A stretch of 64,000 bases of DNA from Flaccisagitta enflata (taxonomy: Eukaryota), in assembly GCA_965153355.1 (NCBI GenBank), contig OZ231126.1, positions 28,520,001 through 28,584,000 on the forward strand, given 5' to 3'. This document shows, piece by piece, positions 26,071 to 42,701 of this stretch. Position 1 is the stretch's first letter; each line of letters starts with the position of its first letter. Made by a program: the position numbers and the translations under genes. The notes under the pieces were generated by a model, which was not told where the DNA came from, searched no databases, and saw only the letters and a list, made by a program, of their open reading frames with translations.

Positions 26071-27492
26071 AGTCAGAACATTTTTCTTTTTTGGAATTTT
26101 GGTGAAGATGAGTGACAGAGAGAAATCAGCATTCTTTTTTTTTCTCGGTTTCTTGACTCAGTTTCTGTGACAAAAAAATCGTCAATTTTCTGGTTGGTGA
26201 GACATTTTACTGAAACGACTCAGGCTTGAAAAATTATTCTTCCCCCTGGGAGAAAGCCCCCCCCCCCCTTATTTTGAAACGGAAGTCCTGCCTCTTCTTC
26301 CTTTCCACGCCACAGCACTTATAAGAGTTTTTGTTCATTATCTGTTACCTTTCTTCCGTTTTGCCCTCCTTCCCACTTTCCTTATGGCAGGAGAGCCATT
26401 ATTGATATTGAGACTCGCACGGAAATAGCATTGATATCTGCGTAATGGAAGTGCGTCAGAACTACAGGCGGCGGTCACATCTGAGGGTTGTTATTGTAAA
26501 GAATGAGTCATGATAACAGATTTGGAAACACAATTGATTACAATTATTTTTAAAAGGGCTTTGATCGATGGCAAAGTACAAGGACATTACAAGAATGTTT
26601 TGGTTATCCATCATTGCAAAGGCCAAATGAAAATTTCATCTCTCAATTGGCAACCATAGGAATACTAGACAGTCTTCTCTGCTGGCCATTTCTCTTATAG
26701 AGGAGGAAGACGAGGATAGGACTATTCATATTTTCGTGTTTCTTTTTCTTCATTAGCTGGTAGCTCTGCGTGATCGTTTGTTTCTGTCGCAACACTATGC
26801 TGATGAATCAAAGTACCGCATAAGGGTAATTTCAAATATCTTAGCTGGGAAAGTAATCCTAGAAGCTAATTTAACTGTTGCAAGCGCTTCTGACAATCAA
26901 ATCAATAGGCCATCTGTGCACGTTTGCACAATTTTTTACTCAAGTTTTACGGAGGAACCAACAGTCGGGCGGACAAAGCCCCTTACAAAGTTGAGTTTCC
27001 TCAACCAAAAAACTAATTCGGGGGAATTAAAAATCCAGTAATTCAAGATTCATCCTACAATGCGAAAAGCACTCAGACTTTGATATATGTAATATGAAAT
27101 ATTGCGATCGCAGAAAAAGGATTCTGTAGAATTGATAAGGTTGTTTTTAACATAACAGAGTTATAAACAAATTAAACGTAGGAGATCGATTCATAGTTGA
27201 AGAAATATCACAATTTACATACAAAAAGCCTTCAGTGTAATAGGCTATAGAAGTATTTTGCAATAAGTGAAGGTTTTTTTAAGGGGTGTTTATGCATTTC
27301 AAGAATGTTCCACTAGTGTTTGAAAATGTGCACACACACCCTCTGACATCCAAAATATTATTTAGTCATTTTGTGAAAAGGATTCTATGTAAAATTACTA
27401 AGATTTCAGTTCTAGACAATTTTACATAACACATCTTGATGCAAAGCTGAATATTTTTAAATATTTGAAGGGGCGTCTACAAATTTTGAGTA

Positions 27493-27662
27493 CAGTGGAG
27501 TACCGGTAGAGCGCAATCGCCAATAAGAAATACCCAAACTGCTTACAACTTACTGTCCCTTGAGAGATTTTGTAATAACTTCCTTATTGGTAGTAAGGCA
27601 GGTTCACTTTAGGGTATGCATTTGCTCAAACCCTTGATATGCGGTCCAGTGAGGCTTAACTG
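27493..27662. mobile_element. Short pogo-like MITE
   Basis: TA|CAGT...ACTG|TA termini; the inverted repeat is weak. Confidence 0.35.
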
Positions 27663-27988
27663 TATTTGAGTTCACGTACTACGAAATTGATCAAAGTAGA
27701 GCCTCTAATAGAGGTAATTCGCGAGAATAGGTCGCGAGTTTCAGACTCTAAAATCTTTCTTTCAAACCTCGCCTCGCTACGTGGCAGTTTGATGTATTTT
27801 GAAGTTGAATGATGCGATAATAAGACCGAGTCAAATTCTGAAAGTCACAATCAGTCCACCTCAAATTTGAACTCACGCGTGCGGGACACGCCTCAGTTCT
27901 TACTCGCAACTCTTGCAACTCTTTAAGCCACTTATAAGTTTGTCGGTCTGTCCATTGTTTGGTCTGCATATTGGTCGATTGTAAATTC

Positions 27989-28859
27989 TTAGTCGCGTGC
28001 ATGCAACTCTTGGTAGGTCCGTTGGTACGTCTCTCTGTTGGTAACGCTTAGTTTTTTTTGTCGTTTTACATCATTTTAAAATTACAGTCATTTGAAGACT
28101 TTTGAAGTCATTTTAAGTCATGATAAGTCATTTTTCATTATTGGAAATTTAGTCATATTTTGTCATTCAAGTCATTTTGGTCTTTTAGTCTTTTGGTGTC
28201 TTAGTCCCTCTGTCTCTCAGTCAGGTGTGTCAAAAAATAAAAAATATCTTTGATCAGATCATCCTCATCAGAGAGTGTAAACAAACAAATTTTAAGACTT
28301 TTACCGTTTTTATTTTTTCAAATTTCAGTCATCTTCCGTTTTTTTAGGGCAGGAAAAGATTGTCCAAAATATATATACTTCCAGAGTCCCTACCTAGTTT
28401 TGTTGAAAATAAGACCCAAAACTTCAATAAAGATTATCAAATCCTATTTCTTTATATGATTTTGGTGGTAAAAAAACAACTTTTACTTAATCCCAACTAG
28501 AAATCGAAGCATGATATTTAAATGGATATTTCTTTTACATTTATGAACAATTATTCTGATATGAAATCAATAACACAACAATATACAAATTAACGCTAAA
28601 AAGGGGTTTTGAAAAAAACGGAAGATGACTGAAATTTAAAAAAATAAAAATGGTAAAAGTCTTAAAATTTGTTTGTTTACACACCCTGATGAGGATGAAC
28701 TGATCAAAGATACTTTTTTATTTTTTGACACACCCGAGTCTCTCAGTCTCTTAGTCCTTTAGTCAATAAGTCTTTTGGTATGAAAAGTGGAACAATATCC
28801 CTCACTATATCCAAACTGAAATAAACAACCGCACGCGACTGTAAGGTGTTGGCCTTGTT
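27989..28859 (+). mobile_element. HINE/DINE-like element interrupted by a MITE
   Basis: TTAGTCGCGTGCATGCAACT start, AAGTCATTTT repeats, CACGCGACT...GGCCTTGTT end. Confidence 0.65.
28222..28736. mobile_element. MITE with ~120-bp TIRs nested in a HINE
   Basis: CAGGTGTGTCAAAAAATAAAAA...TCATCTTCCGTTTTT is mirrored at about 28613-28736. Confidence 0.8.
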
Positions 28860-29089
28860 TTTGCTTCGCCACTCCCGCCAAAGTGCAGGATTAGCTTCCT
28901 TCATTGTTGCTTATACCCAATGCCCAGTGCCCAACCGCCTGCGACCAAGGTTTTTTTGTATCCAGCCTTGTTCTCTATATCCCTCCTCCGTTGCTAGATC
29001 CATTTCATCCAGTGCGTGCTGCATTTGTGATGTTTGATGGCTCTCTATCTTATCTGCGATGACTTGAATGATTCTGTCATTTCTGCAAC

Positions 29090-29134
<45 letters not shown>

Positions 29135-29297
29135 CCTTAGACCGTATGTATTGGAGCTACATTGACGAATGAAATACAACCTTGGAAAAAAGTTTAACGC
29201 ATATCCCATGTAAAGAGGCGTATCTTCCTTTCATTCTTAAGAAAATAAAGAACACTGGAACTACTTCAAAAATCTTTTAAATGTTGCTAAATGCATT

Positions 29298-29689
29298 TTT
29301 AGTCGCAGGCATGCAACTCTACACCCCGCTTTGTCCATCCGTCGGTCCGTCTGTCCGTCGGTCCGTCGGTCCGTCGGTCCGTCACACTTTACTTTTTTTG
29401 TAATATAACGTCAATTCTTAAGTAATTTTAGTTCTTTTTTAGTCATTAACAGTTATTCTAAGTCATTTTGAGTCATTCTAAGTCATTTTAAGTTATTCCG
29501 AGTTATTTTAAGTTATTTTAGGTCATTTTTGGTCATTTGGTTTTTTAGTCATTTTAAGTCCTTTTTGGACATTTTAAGTCATTTTAAGTCATTCTAAGTA
29601 GTTCTAAGTTGTTCTAAGTCATTCTAAGTCATTCTAAGTCATTTTTACCCTGTAAATCTTGCACGCGACTTATAGGTGTTGGCCTTGTT
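29298..29689 (+). mobile_element. Complete HINE/DINE-like element with internal 10-bp tandem repeats
   Basis: TTTAGTCGCAGGCATGCAACT, (GTCC/GTCG)n, (TAAGTCATTY)n, GCACGCGACT...GGCCTTGTT. Confidence 0.7.
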
Positions 29690-29911
29690 CTCAACTAAGC
29701 TGTATAATTATTCATACTGAAATGGTCTTGGTAGATAAACTTGCTTGAATCATCTGTCAACTCTGAGTCTCTTTTCCCGATCGCATTTCGAAACAAACCT
29801 CCACCAATTTTCCGCTTACCGTATTCCGAACATGATTTCTCCCAAACAAATCTTAGTTCTACCGAAATCATGTGAATGGGATTGTCGTTTCGCTGTTGGA
29901 TTGGAGAAGGC

Positions 29912-30062
29912 TTTTTAGTCACGGAAACGCGACTCTACACCTTGCAGTGTCGGGCGGTCCATCCGTCCGTCCCTCCAAAATATTTATGAATTGCGAGCGG
30001 TTTATGCAATACTGCTCCTGCCCAACCGTCCGCGACTGGATTGCCGTGTATCCGGCCTTGTT
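29912..30062 (+). mobile_element. Short complete HINE/DINE-like element
   Basis: TTTTTAGTCACGGAAACGCGACT...(TCCG)n...CGCGACT...GCCGTGTATCCGGC hairpin, then CTTGTT. Confidence 0.7.
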
Positions 30063-31477
30063 TATTAAACTTTGGCCCCTACATTACCCCTTCCTCACAT
30101 GAAATAGCTGATAGATTATGAACATCTAACTGACAATTTGATGCAAATGAGATAATTGCTCATGGCTAAAACTAAGTTTATACGCCCCATCTTTTTTCTA
30201 TCAAGTGCCTTGAGTGAAAACCTCAATGAGTTAAGACGAATATGAATATAGATGTAACCAATACTGTTATTCAATAGAATTTAAAAAATCATGAATACAG
30301 TAAAGCAATTTAAATAACGTGTATAATTTGCTTGAAAAGCGCATGTCGCTTGCATTGTGAGTATAATTGAAGTAATACACGCACTTAGCTGAGTAACAAC
30401 GGGTTATTTTTTTCTGAGGCTCAATGTTGTTATTTGAAAGACAATATGAGGCTCAAACCGTTGCTAAACTGTTGTTATTTTTTTCTCATCAATCTTCTAA
30501 TATAACGATTGATAAGGATATCTGTACCATCATTCCTGCTTTCTCTGGAATGACAGGGATCTAGGGAAGGAATGAAATAAAGGAGAACAACCATTCAAAA
30601 TCAGGAACAAAATATTGTTATATCTGAAATACAATAGAAAAAGCCACCTCTTCTATGAAACCGCCAAATGTTACAAATGAAACGGAAATTATGGCAAATC
30701 TAAGAGAAAAGTTGTTATTATTTGGACTTGAGGCTGAAATGTTGTTATATTTTAAATTTTCTGAGGCTGACGATGTTGCTAGAAATGTTCTTATCTTTTT
30801 TAAATTTTGAGCCTCGACGTTTTTATAAAGAAGGTTGTTACTCAGCCAAGTGCATGTAGTTGAAAACTGCGAGAGGTTTGTTTCTACCCCTGACAATCGC
30901 GTTTTATATGGGCCATTTGGTCGCTCGGTCGCTGATTGCTTGCACCTATCACTCCGCTCACTCGCCCTGCTGCGGTATGCTCGCTCGTTCCGATCACAGG
31001 CATCATTGTCTTGCTCTTTGACCCTTAGCGATGTGTGAAAATTGATTATATATAAGTAACAGTTCATTACCAGAAGCAATTATACTTCGACGCTTGCCAA
31101 TAACTTTGCTGAGGCCTTTACCCGAGTACAATCAGTTTCGTTCCGTAGTTAGCAAATAGTTTCGTGAGTGCCCCAACAACGCTTTTCGTATTCCATTATA
31201 AATAGCTCGATCGTAAAAAAAAAAAAAGAAAAAAAAAAAGACCTTCATGTCTCTGATTCGTCAATGTAAGGTAGAGTTGGGATTAAAGCCGCATTAGTAA
31301 CAACTTTCTCCAGATGAATGCGATAAACTTATTTCCAAGGTAGTACGCCTTATCCCTTTGGACAATGGACATGTCCTACTGGAAGTAATGAAATCATTCA
31401 TCTGTTCTCTCGCCCTCTCTCTCTCTCTCTCTCTATCATCTATAATATCCGTGTCCCTCTTCTCCTTAACCCACCAG

Positions 31478-31704
31478 GAGCCGAAGAAGTTCGCCTTTGA
31501 CCATTCTTATTGGTCCCACGACGGTTTCGTTGAGGGCGAAGACGGATATCTGAGTCCCGATAGTCCTTCTTCAGTCTACTCGGACCAAACAAAAGTCTTC
31601 GCCGATGTTGGGGAAGGAATTCTCGCAAATGCTTGGGAAGGATACAATTGCACGCTTTTTGCATATGGACAAACTGGATCCGGCAAATCGTACTCTATCG
31701 TTGG
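31478..31704 (+). CDS. KIF28: Kinesin-3 (KIF28/KLP-6-like) motor domain, exon 2
   Basis: caccag|GAG...GTTGG|gtaagt; EPKKFAFDHSYWSHDG...GYNCTLFAYGQTGSGKSYS (P-loop). The phase-2 end joins the 36122 exon as GG|C. Confidence 0.88.
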
Positions 31705-31834
31705 GTAAGTCTAGTTTAAACCATTCTTAGTCGCGTCGACTCTATAGTCTATATACTCAACCTCCCTGCTGATCTGTCTGTTTATCGATCAGTCAGTCAC
31801 ACGTTCACAAATTCACAATAGAGCTCCATTGACG

Positions 31835-31999
31835 TTTTTAGTCGCGGACACGCGACTCTTCACCTTGCTGTGTCGATCGGTCGGTACGTCGATAGGTCGG
31901 TCCGTTAGGAATTGTTGAATTGTTGAATTCCCAGCGGTTATTGCAATACGGCCCCTGCCCAATCGTCCGCGACTGTCTTGCGGTGTATCCGGCCTTGTT
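31835..31999 (+). mobile_element. Short complete HINE/DINE-like element
   Basis: TTTTAGTCGCGGACACGCGACT ... CGCGACT...GTATCCGGCCTTGTT. Confidence 0.7.
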
Positions 32000-32329
32000 T
32001 AGCATTTGAATCACTGTCACACCTTAAACGTCGGTGTGGCCTCACAGCCCTCACTGTCCCTCTCGACATGCATGCAAGATTGCAAGTGATGCATCGAACA
32101 TGGCTGTGTTTGTGTGTGTGTGTGTGTGTGTTTGAGTGTCTGTCTGTCTTTTTATCTGTCTGTCTGTGTGTATGTGAGATTTTGCGTGCGCGCGCATGCG
32201 ACTTCCCATCTTCGACCGTCAATATCATCTTAAAACTTCCCAGCGTCAAATATATCATAGAGAGAAAGACAGACCAGAATGTGATAAAAACATTCGCGGG
32301 AAATATTTTGTCGGTTAACGAGCAGAGAA

Positions 32330-32535
32330 GTCAGCAATTTAGTGGATGTTGGAAAGGCAGCAGTTCAGTGGATGTTGGAAAGGCAGCAATTAAAGTGGAT
32401 GTTGGAAAGATAGCAATTTAGTGGATATTTGAAAGGCAGCAATTCAGTGAATGTTGAAAAGGCAGCAAGTAAAGTGGATGCCGGAAAGACAGCAATTCAG
32501 TGAATGTCTGGAAGGCAGCAATTCAGTGGATGTCT
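32330..32535. repeat. ~26-bp minisatellite
   Basis: AGTGGATGTTGGAAAGGCAGCAATT repeated about 8 times. Confidence 0.8.
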
Positions 32536-32737
32536 GGGTATCAAACATTCTTCCTCTTTTCACTTTCTGGTACCGATTTTTCCGCGTGCGAAAATGTGAA
32601 ATGGCCCAATTTATTTCATATTGCGTCGAAGAAAACAGACCTTAAGCAAAAACATCGTCATGAGCGTTGTGCTTCACTGCGACAACCATAGCCGTTTGTT
32701 TTCTGCAACAAGAACAACAAGAACAACAACCACAACC

Positions 32738-32915
<178 letters not shown>

Positions 32916-32920
32916 GTGAG

Positions 32921-36535
<3,615 letters not shown>

Positions 36536-36541
36536 ATTTAC

Positions 36542-36702
36542 CTGTTAGACTTCCAAGCATGAATGATATTTCTGTCGCTGATTCCGTGTTTGTCGGCAGC
36601 ATCATCCAGAAAGTCAAAGAGATATTTGACGGCGATCGGAAGACGATTGTTGCAAGACAACACATGATGGAAAAAGTCGTCAATGTAAGGCTGAACGATA
36701 CC
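36542..36702 (-). CDS. Plexin cytoplasmic RasGAP-like domain exon (fourth of four found)
   Basis: tttcag|GGT...AAC AG|gtaaat; GIVQPYIDDFFHHVL...LPIAVKYLFDFLDDAADKHGISDRNIIHAWKSN resembles the plexin motif LP.A.KY.FDFLD..A..HG......H.WKSN. Confidence 0.9.
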
Positions 36703-37390
36703 CTGAAAAAGAGAGACAACAGTGGTTGCATGACAACATGTGTTGGAAAAAGTCGTTGATGTAAGGCTGAATGTTACCCTGAAAGAGAAAGACAACAGTG
36801 GTTGCATGACAACAAGTGATGGAAAAAGTTGTCGATGTAAGGCTGAACGACACCCTGAAAGAGAAAGACAACAGTGGTTGCATGACAACATGTGTTGGAA
36901 AAAGTCGTCGATGTAAGGCTAAACGCTACCCTGAAAGAGAAAGACAACAGTGGTTGCACGACAACATGTGGTGGAAAAAATTGTTGATGTAATGCTGAAC
37001 GATACCCTGAAAGAGAAAGACAACAGTGGCTGTATGACAACATGTGATGGAAAAAGTCGTCGATGTAAGGCTGAACAATACCCTGTAAGAGAAAGACAAC
37101 AGTAGTTGCATGACAACATGTGATGGAAAAAGTTGTTGCTGTAAGGCTGAACGATACCCTGAAAGAGAAAGACCACAGTGGTTGCATGACAACACGTGAT
37201 GGAAAAAGTCGTCGATGTAAGGCTGAACGTTACCCTGAGAGATACAGACAGATGTTTGTTGCATAACAAAACATGATGAAAAATCGTTAATGTAAGGCTG
37301 AATGATACCCTGAGAGATAAAGACAGGTGATTGTGGTAGTTCAATATCTGATGGGAGAAGTCATTGATCTAAGGCTGAACGATACCCTGT
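36703..37390 (-). repeat. 76-bp minisatellite made from the plexin acceptor plus exon start (9 extra units)
   Basis: CCCTG recurs at 36701, 36777, 36853, 36929, 37005, 37081, 37157, 37233, 37308 and 37385. Confidence 0.92.
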
Positions 37391-37520
37391 ACGAGGTGAC
37401 AGAAGCTCGTAGCATGACAATTTAATATGGTCCAATAGTCGCATCGTTGCTTTTGCCAACCCACACGCGACCTTGTATCCGGCCTCATTTAAGCTCTGAG
37501 CTTTTGAATAGAAAATACAT

Positions 37521-37599
<79 letters not shown>

Positions 37600-37785
37600 C
37601 TCTTTCTTTCTTTCTTTCTTCCTTTCTTTCTTCCTTTTTTAACCATGAAAAGCGATGTTGACGACAACAATTGCAATATCATATAATTCTTTTTACATAG
37701 ATACGAGTAGAGGATACATCGTTGCCCGATGGAGCTTGTTGCATTACTTCCCCTGCCCAACTGTTTTTACATTGATCCGGCCTTA

Positions 37786-38375
37786 CCGGGTCATCAATCT
37801 GGACTGGGAAAAAGTGTTAAGCTTTTGCTCTCAGCTGCCTATTCTCACTGGTTTGGAATTTGTTTTCTTTTAAAGTACTATGTTTGACGTTTTTTGTATC
37901 AAAATTTTTTTGGTCTGAGTTAAATACTTTGTCCACAACCTCAATTCGAAGAAAAACAAGCCTTTTCAGATATAGCTCAAATTAGCCTTTGTTCATAAAA
38001 ATAGTTTTTCTTGGATTTGCTCTTATTTCTCACTGGATTGAGCAGCAAATGTCAGATTTGTCTTAAATGAAGATATTATAATGAATTTTAAAAGATATTT
38101 TGAATTCAAGACTATTTTAGCATCTGTAGCTTAAACTGATCAAAAATGAGGGAAAATAGTTTTGATGAAAATAGGAAAAATTGAGCTTAAGCCACAAATA
38201 CTTGTTTTACTTCAAATTGATGTTGTGGACAAAATATTTGACACAGACCAATGAAATTTTGACACAAAAAATGTCAAACATAGTACTATATGGGAAAATT
38301 TATTCCAGGTTGTTAAGAAAAAGCATCTGAGGGTAAAAGCTTAACACTTTTTCCCAATCCAGATTGATGACCCTG
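37786..38375. mobile_element. Tc1/mariner-type MITE with ~200-bp TIRs
   Basis: TA|CCGGGTCATCAATCTGGACTGGGAAAAAGTGTTAAGC ... GCTTAACACTTTTTCCCAATCCAGATTGATGACCCTG|TA. Confidence 0.85.
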
Positions 38376-39899
38376 TATTTTAATGGAGGCTTAGCCCAAG
38401 GGACTTTCCAGCCCGATGGGGAGGGACGTCCGTGGCTTTCCTGGATATCCCTTATCCTAAACATGTTTTCAGTCGCGTGTTTGCGACCACAAAATCGTCA
38501 ATGTAAAATATTCCCTGACCGACTGAAGCGAGCAAACATTTTACAATTTCTATGGATTTGCATCTAATTGATTTCGATATCAAATTTATTCATTTGTTCA
38601 CTCTTCCATCCATCCATTCATTCATTCATTCATTCATTCATTTCATTGATCAAGCGATTCACACTTATGCAAACAGTCATCAGTCAGGAATCAGTCATCA
38701 AATTTATTTAAAGACGTTTTCACATGCAGCCTAACTCCGTTATTGAGGAACTCATGTTGATAAAAACGTTTCAGCTACAGAAGATGAGTTTCCTTGATCG
38801 GCATTTTAAAGGCCAAGGAACTAGTTAAACAGATATGGAACACATCAAGGAGGGCACATACGCACCCAATTTCATTAACATCATCGTTGAATTTAATGCT
38901 GATGATTTCTTTAAAACGTTATGTTGGTGATTTTTTTTTGTCGTCTTTGGAACAAAGGATACCTTGACATGTAATACGAATCAGCAGTTATCCCTAGAGT
39001 AGATAACTGATCAATAGAAAAAATTGGATGAGAACTCATGATGTTGCTCTTCATGACAGCACTGAAAATGCTTCATCAGCCTATTTTACTACAACATGTA
39101 AAACAGTTTTTTTAGCAGCTTGACGAAGAAGCAAAAGTTCGCGTCGTGAAATGAACTTTTTTTTGGACAATTCGGGTCCATGCTTTGACATAAAATTTTG
39201 ATCAAAACTCAACTAAAGAAAAAGAATAATGAGACTTGGAAATGCTCCAAATCAATTCTGATATCGAGCAAAGCGTGTTCTCTTGGATCGTACTTGGTGC
39301 GACCTTTTCGATCTCACCGTGTGTCAGTCTCTCTTCACAGAATCGGTTTTTTTGGTGTTTATCAATATCATGCCTTTTAATTCTACGATAAAAGATTAGT
39401 TTCTAAAAAGTGCTGACCACATTTTGACCTGATTTATGCTAGAGCTGCAGCTGCAGCTGCTGCTACAGCGTGTAGTTTTAACAAGTTTTTATTTTTGCTA
39501 GGATCCTTTTCATCCGTGTTATAAAGTTTGGTGAACCTATCAAAAATCGAGCAGTGTCGTAAACCGATCATAATAAGCCTGACCGACCAACGAACCTAAC
39601 AACTGGGCAATAGAACAAAAAAAGTTGATAGAATCGCAAAGATACAACCGAAAACTTTGCTTTTAATTTGATTATATTGAACAAAGCAAGGAAATATTTT
39701 TAGTCGCGAGCACCCGTTATGTCGGTCAATCCGTCGCAATTAGCTTTCCTGGCGCTTTTGGACTTTTTTTTTTGCATTACTACTCCTGCCCAAATGCTTG
39801 TGTTAGCCATTTTTATTACTGCCCTAGGCCCCTGCCCACTGGCACACGACTTCAATAGCCGTCTATCCGACTTTGTTTTTATCAGGAAGAAAATGATAC

Positions 39900-40001
39900 C
39901 TTGGTAGAAAGCAGGCGAGTGAGGAATATTTCTGATATGACTTTGTTCCCGCTGTTCCCAGGATATCCATTCATGTTCTCATATTCGTCTTGTTGTTTCA
40001 C
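39900..40001 (-). CDS. Plexin exon (third of four found; too short for the ORF track)
   Basis: aactag|GTG...AAG|gtatca; VKQQDEYENMNGYPGNSGNKVISEIFLTRLLSTK contains the plexin EI.LTRLL.TK motif; phase 0 at both ends. Confidence 0.9.
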
Positions 40002-40136
40002 CTAGTTAAAAAAAGGTTAACATTAGCGTTTAAAGGATGCCAACTACTGTACACAGAGAAATGTTCATACAAGCAACGAGCGCAACAATGTGTTCTTATA
40101 CTCCACCATGCGTTTAGACATAATATCAAGTGAAAG

Positions 40137-40299
40137 AACAAGGCCGGATACACGGCCACCAGTTGCGGACGGGTGGGTAGGGGCGGATATGCGCGTTTTC
40201 CCACTTTTCGACTCGTGCTGATGGACGGACCAACGGACGGACGGACGGACTAACAAACGGACAGAGCCTCTTATAGAGTTGCGTGTCTGCAACTAAAAA
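40137..40299 (-). mobile_element. HINE/DINE-like element
   Basis: AACAAGGCCGGATACACGGCC...(GACG)n...AGTTGCGTGTCTGCAACTAAAA. Confidence 0.7.
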
Positions 40300-40574
40300 G
40301 CAAAACTCTTGTCTTATTTATCTTGTTTCAACAAACTTATCGAGGCAATCTATCTTATTCAAACAAACATCGTCGCTTAAAAGAGAGTGAACGTGTGGAA
40401 TTGATTGATGTGTTTTAAAGAAAAACAAACAATTGATTAAACAAGGCCAGTAAAGACAGAGATGTTGGTATTGGCCTCTGGCTAACAGACCAACGAACAT
40501 TGGCAATAACGCCTTTAAATCATCAACCGCCAATAGCCTTTGGATTATAGCAAGGGCGAATATTATAAAAAAAA

Positions 40575-41070
40575 GTCATCCAAGGATCGCACATGGTCAG
40601 CGGTACCCGATGCCCCGCTTAGAGTGATTAGCTGAAGAAGTGGAGTGAGAGCAGGGCAGCGGCCCCAAAGGGCCAATGTCCTGTAGGACACAGGTGTGAA
40701 TTTCCATACGTCCTGAGAGGGCATATTTGAGGCCTTAGTATCAATTTTCCATGATTTTCCATGGGAATCCGGCACTTTTTTCAATCTTTTGTCAATTCGC
40801 CATATTATTCTTTGGAAATTTTACATTTTTCTTATTTTCATCAATTTTCCATGTTATTCAATAGGAAACATGCATTTTTTTTTTGCTTTTTTGTAACTTT
40901 TCCATGTTATTCAATGGGAAATTTGCATTTTGACAATTTCCCATGTTATCCGATGGGAATTTGAGGCTTGAGAAGCTTTGGGGGGGAGGACGTAGGGACG
41001 GACGTACATATGGACAGATGTATGTAAATTCACCCCTGCGTCCTACAGGACATCGGCCCTTTGGGGCCGC
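40575..41070. mobile_element. Non-autonomous element with inverted repeats
   Basis: GCGGCCCCAAAGGGCCAATGTCCTGTAGGAC is mirrored by GTCCTACAGGACATCGGCCCTTTGGGGCCGC; related fragments at about 43125-43172 and 51680. Confidence 0.55.
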
Positions 41071-41368
41071 TTCCCAAAGCTTAAAAGCCTTGATCACATC
41101 TACGTTACCAAATAAATTGCAGCTGGAGAGAGACACAAATAAATCCAGGTCAGACTCACGAACAAAATTAGTCGCTCCGGTAACAGCATTCATCAAAATA
41201 AATCCAAATTGGCTTAATTTCGTACAGAGGAATCAACGGAGCATTCATTGCACACATTGACAGGTTAGACCAGTGCACACTCTTTTTTTGCTCGACTGGC
41301 AAGTCACTTGCAAAGCAATTACAATAAAACAACAACAAAAACAAATACAAAAACAAAAGTGAACATAC

Positions 41369-41454
41369 CAAGTGCCAGACGCGTGTGCTGGGTTCATTGT
41401 AGGGGGAGTAGATCGGGGAGAGGGAGTTACACGTCGAATTCAGGCTTTGAGTGT
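41369..41454 (-). CDS. Plexin exon (second of four found)
   Basis: tcacag|ACACT...CACTTG|gtatgt; DTQSLNSTCNSLSPIYSPYNEPSTRVWHL, with the next exon completing WHLVK. Phases match both neighbours. Confidence 0.85.
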
Positions 41455-42196
41455 CTGTGATGGAAAAGAAGAACAACAAAATAAATATAAAGATGTGATT
41501 CAAATCAGTGCATGAAAAAAAAAAAAACAAAAAAAAAAAAAACAAAAAAAAACGCGGGGAACGTTTTCTTTTTAAGGTATTGGATTTCAATCATTGATAG
41601 AGATTTGTTTTTGTAGAATATTCGTAGTTTTGTTTAAGAGACGTTGAAACCCAGGAAGGTATACTTCATGCAACTTCTTCCATGCTAATGTTTTTCATAT
41701 GAATGTCAATACAAGATTTCGTGGTGAAAAAAAAGAATATTATTGACAACAGAAATTTGTGTATTCGATGATACATGGTGGCAAATGCAGGAAAAAGGCA
41801 CTAACCAACACCTGTATACGAAGTCCGATTAGTGTTCCATGTGCTTCCGTTATTGCACTCTATATTTCAGCATTGCAAAAAAGAATTACGAGACGAATAT
41901 GGAAAAGAGAAAGTCGCATTAAAACAAAAAGAAGACAAGAGAAAGCACAAGCAAAAGATGACTAGGAAATCTAACGAAATTATAGGACAGACGTATCCAA
42001 AATTCAAATTTCTTTCCCTTTCTCGATTAAGAAAAGACATTTCTTAGATGAAATGAGTTTGGGAAATGGAAAAAAAGGACAGTGAAGTAGAAAATGGAAA
42101 TTAAGATAGGGAGAAATACAAAAAAGAGGTTGCTAGACAATGAATTTTCACGTGTAAGAAATTCTTGTTACTTTAAATATGGTAGAATAGTGCACA

Positions 42197-42701
42197 ATGA
42201 CTCACCTCTGGGCAAAGATCCATTTGCTGTCTGGCGCTGAATCAAGGCTAAAGTGGCGCCTTCCGGTATTCGATTGTGCACAATCACTCACCTCTGGGCT
42301 GAGGTCCATTGACACTTGGTGCAGTACAGTGCAGTGGTATCCACCCTCAGTAGGATTCCCCAGAGTGAACCATAACTAACCTCTGGGCAGAGATCCATTC
42401 GCGGCCTGGCGCTGAATCAAGGCTAAGGTGGCACCTAAGAGAACCAATAGTAAACAATGACTCACCTCTGGGCAGAAATCCATCCGCGGCCTGGTGCTAA
42501 TCAAGGCTAACGTGGAGCCTTTAGAGAACCAAGAGTAAACAATGACTCACCTCTGGGCAGAGATCCATTTGCTGTCTGGCGCTGAATCAAGGCTAAGGTG
42601 GCGCCTTCCGGGACTCGATTGTGCACCGAAACTCACCTCTGGGCAGAGATCCATTTGCTGAAGTGGCGCCTTCCGGTACTCGATTGTGCACCATAACTCA
42701 C
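42197..42701 (-). repeat. ~85-bp minisatellite made from the plexin exon end plus donor
   Basis: CCCAGAG|GTGAGT recurs at about 42200, 42286, 42375 (GTTAGT variant), 42460, 42544 and 42631, in addition to the true donor at 42701. Confidence 0.88.

Noticed and set aside
36703-37390. CRISPR-like appearance of regular repeats (also 23519-24188, 42197-42701, 43505-44180)
   Set aside because: The units are head-to-tail with no unique spacers, there are no cas genes, and the context is eukaryotic.
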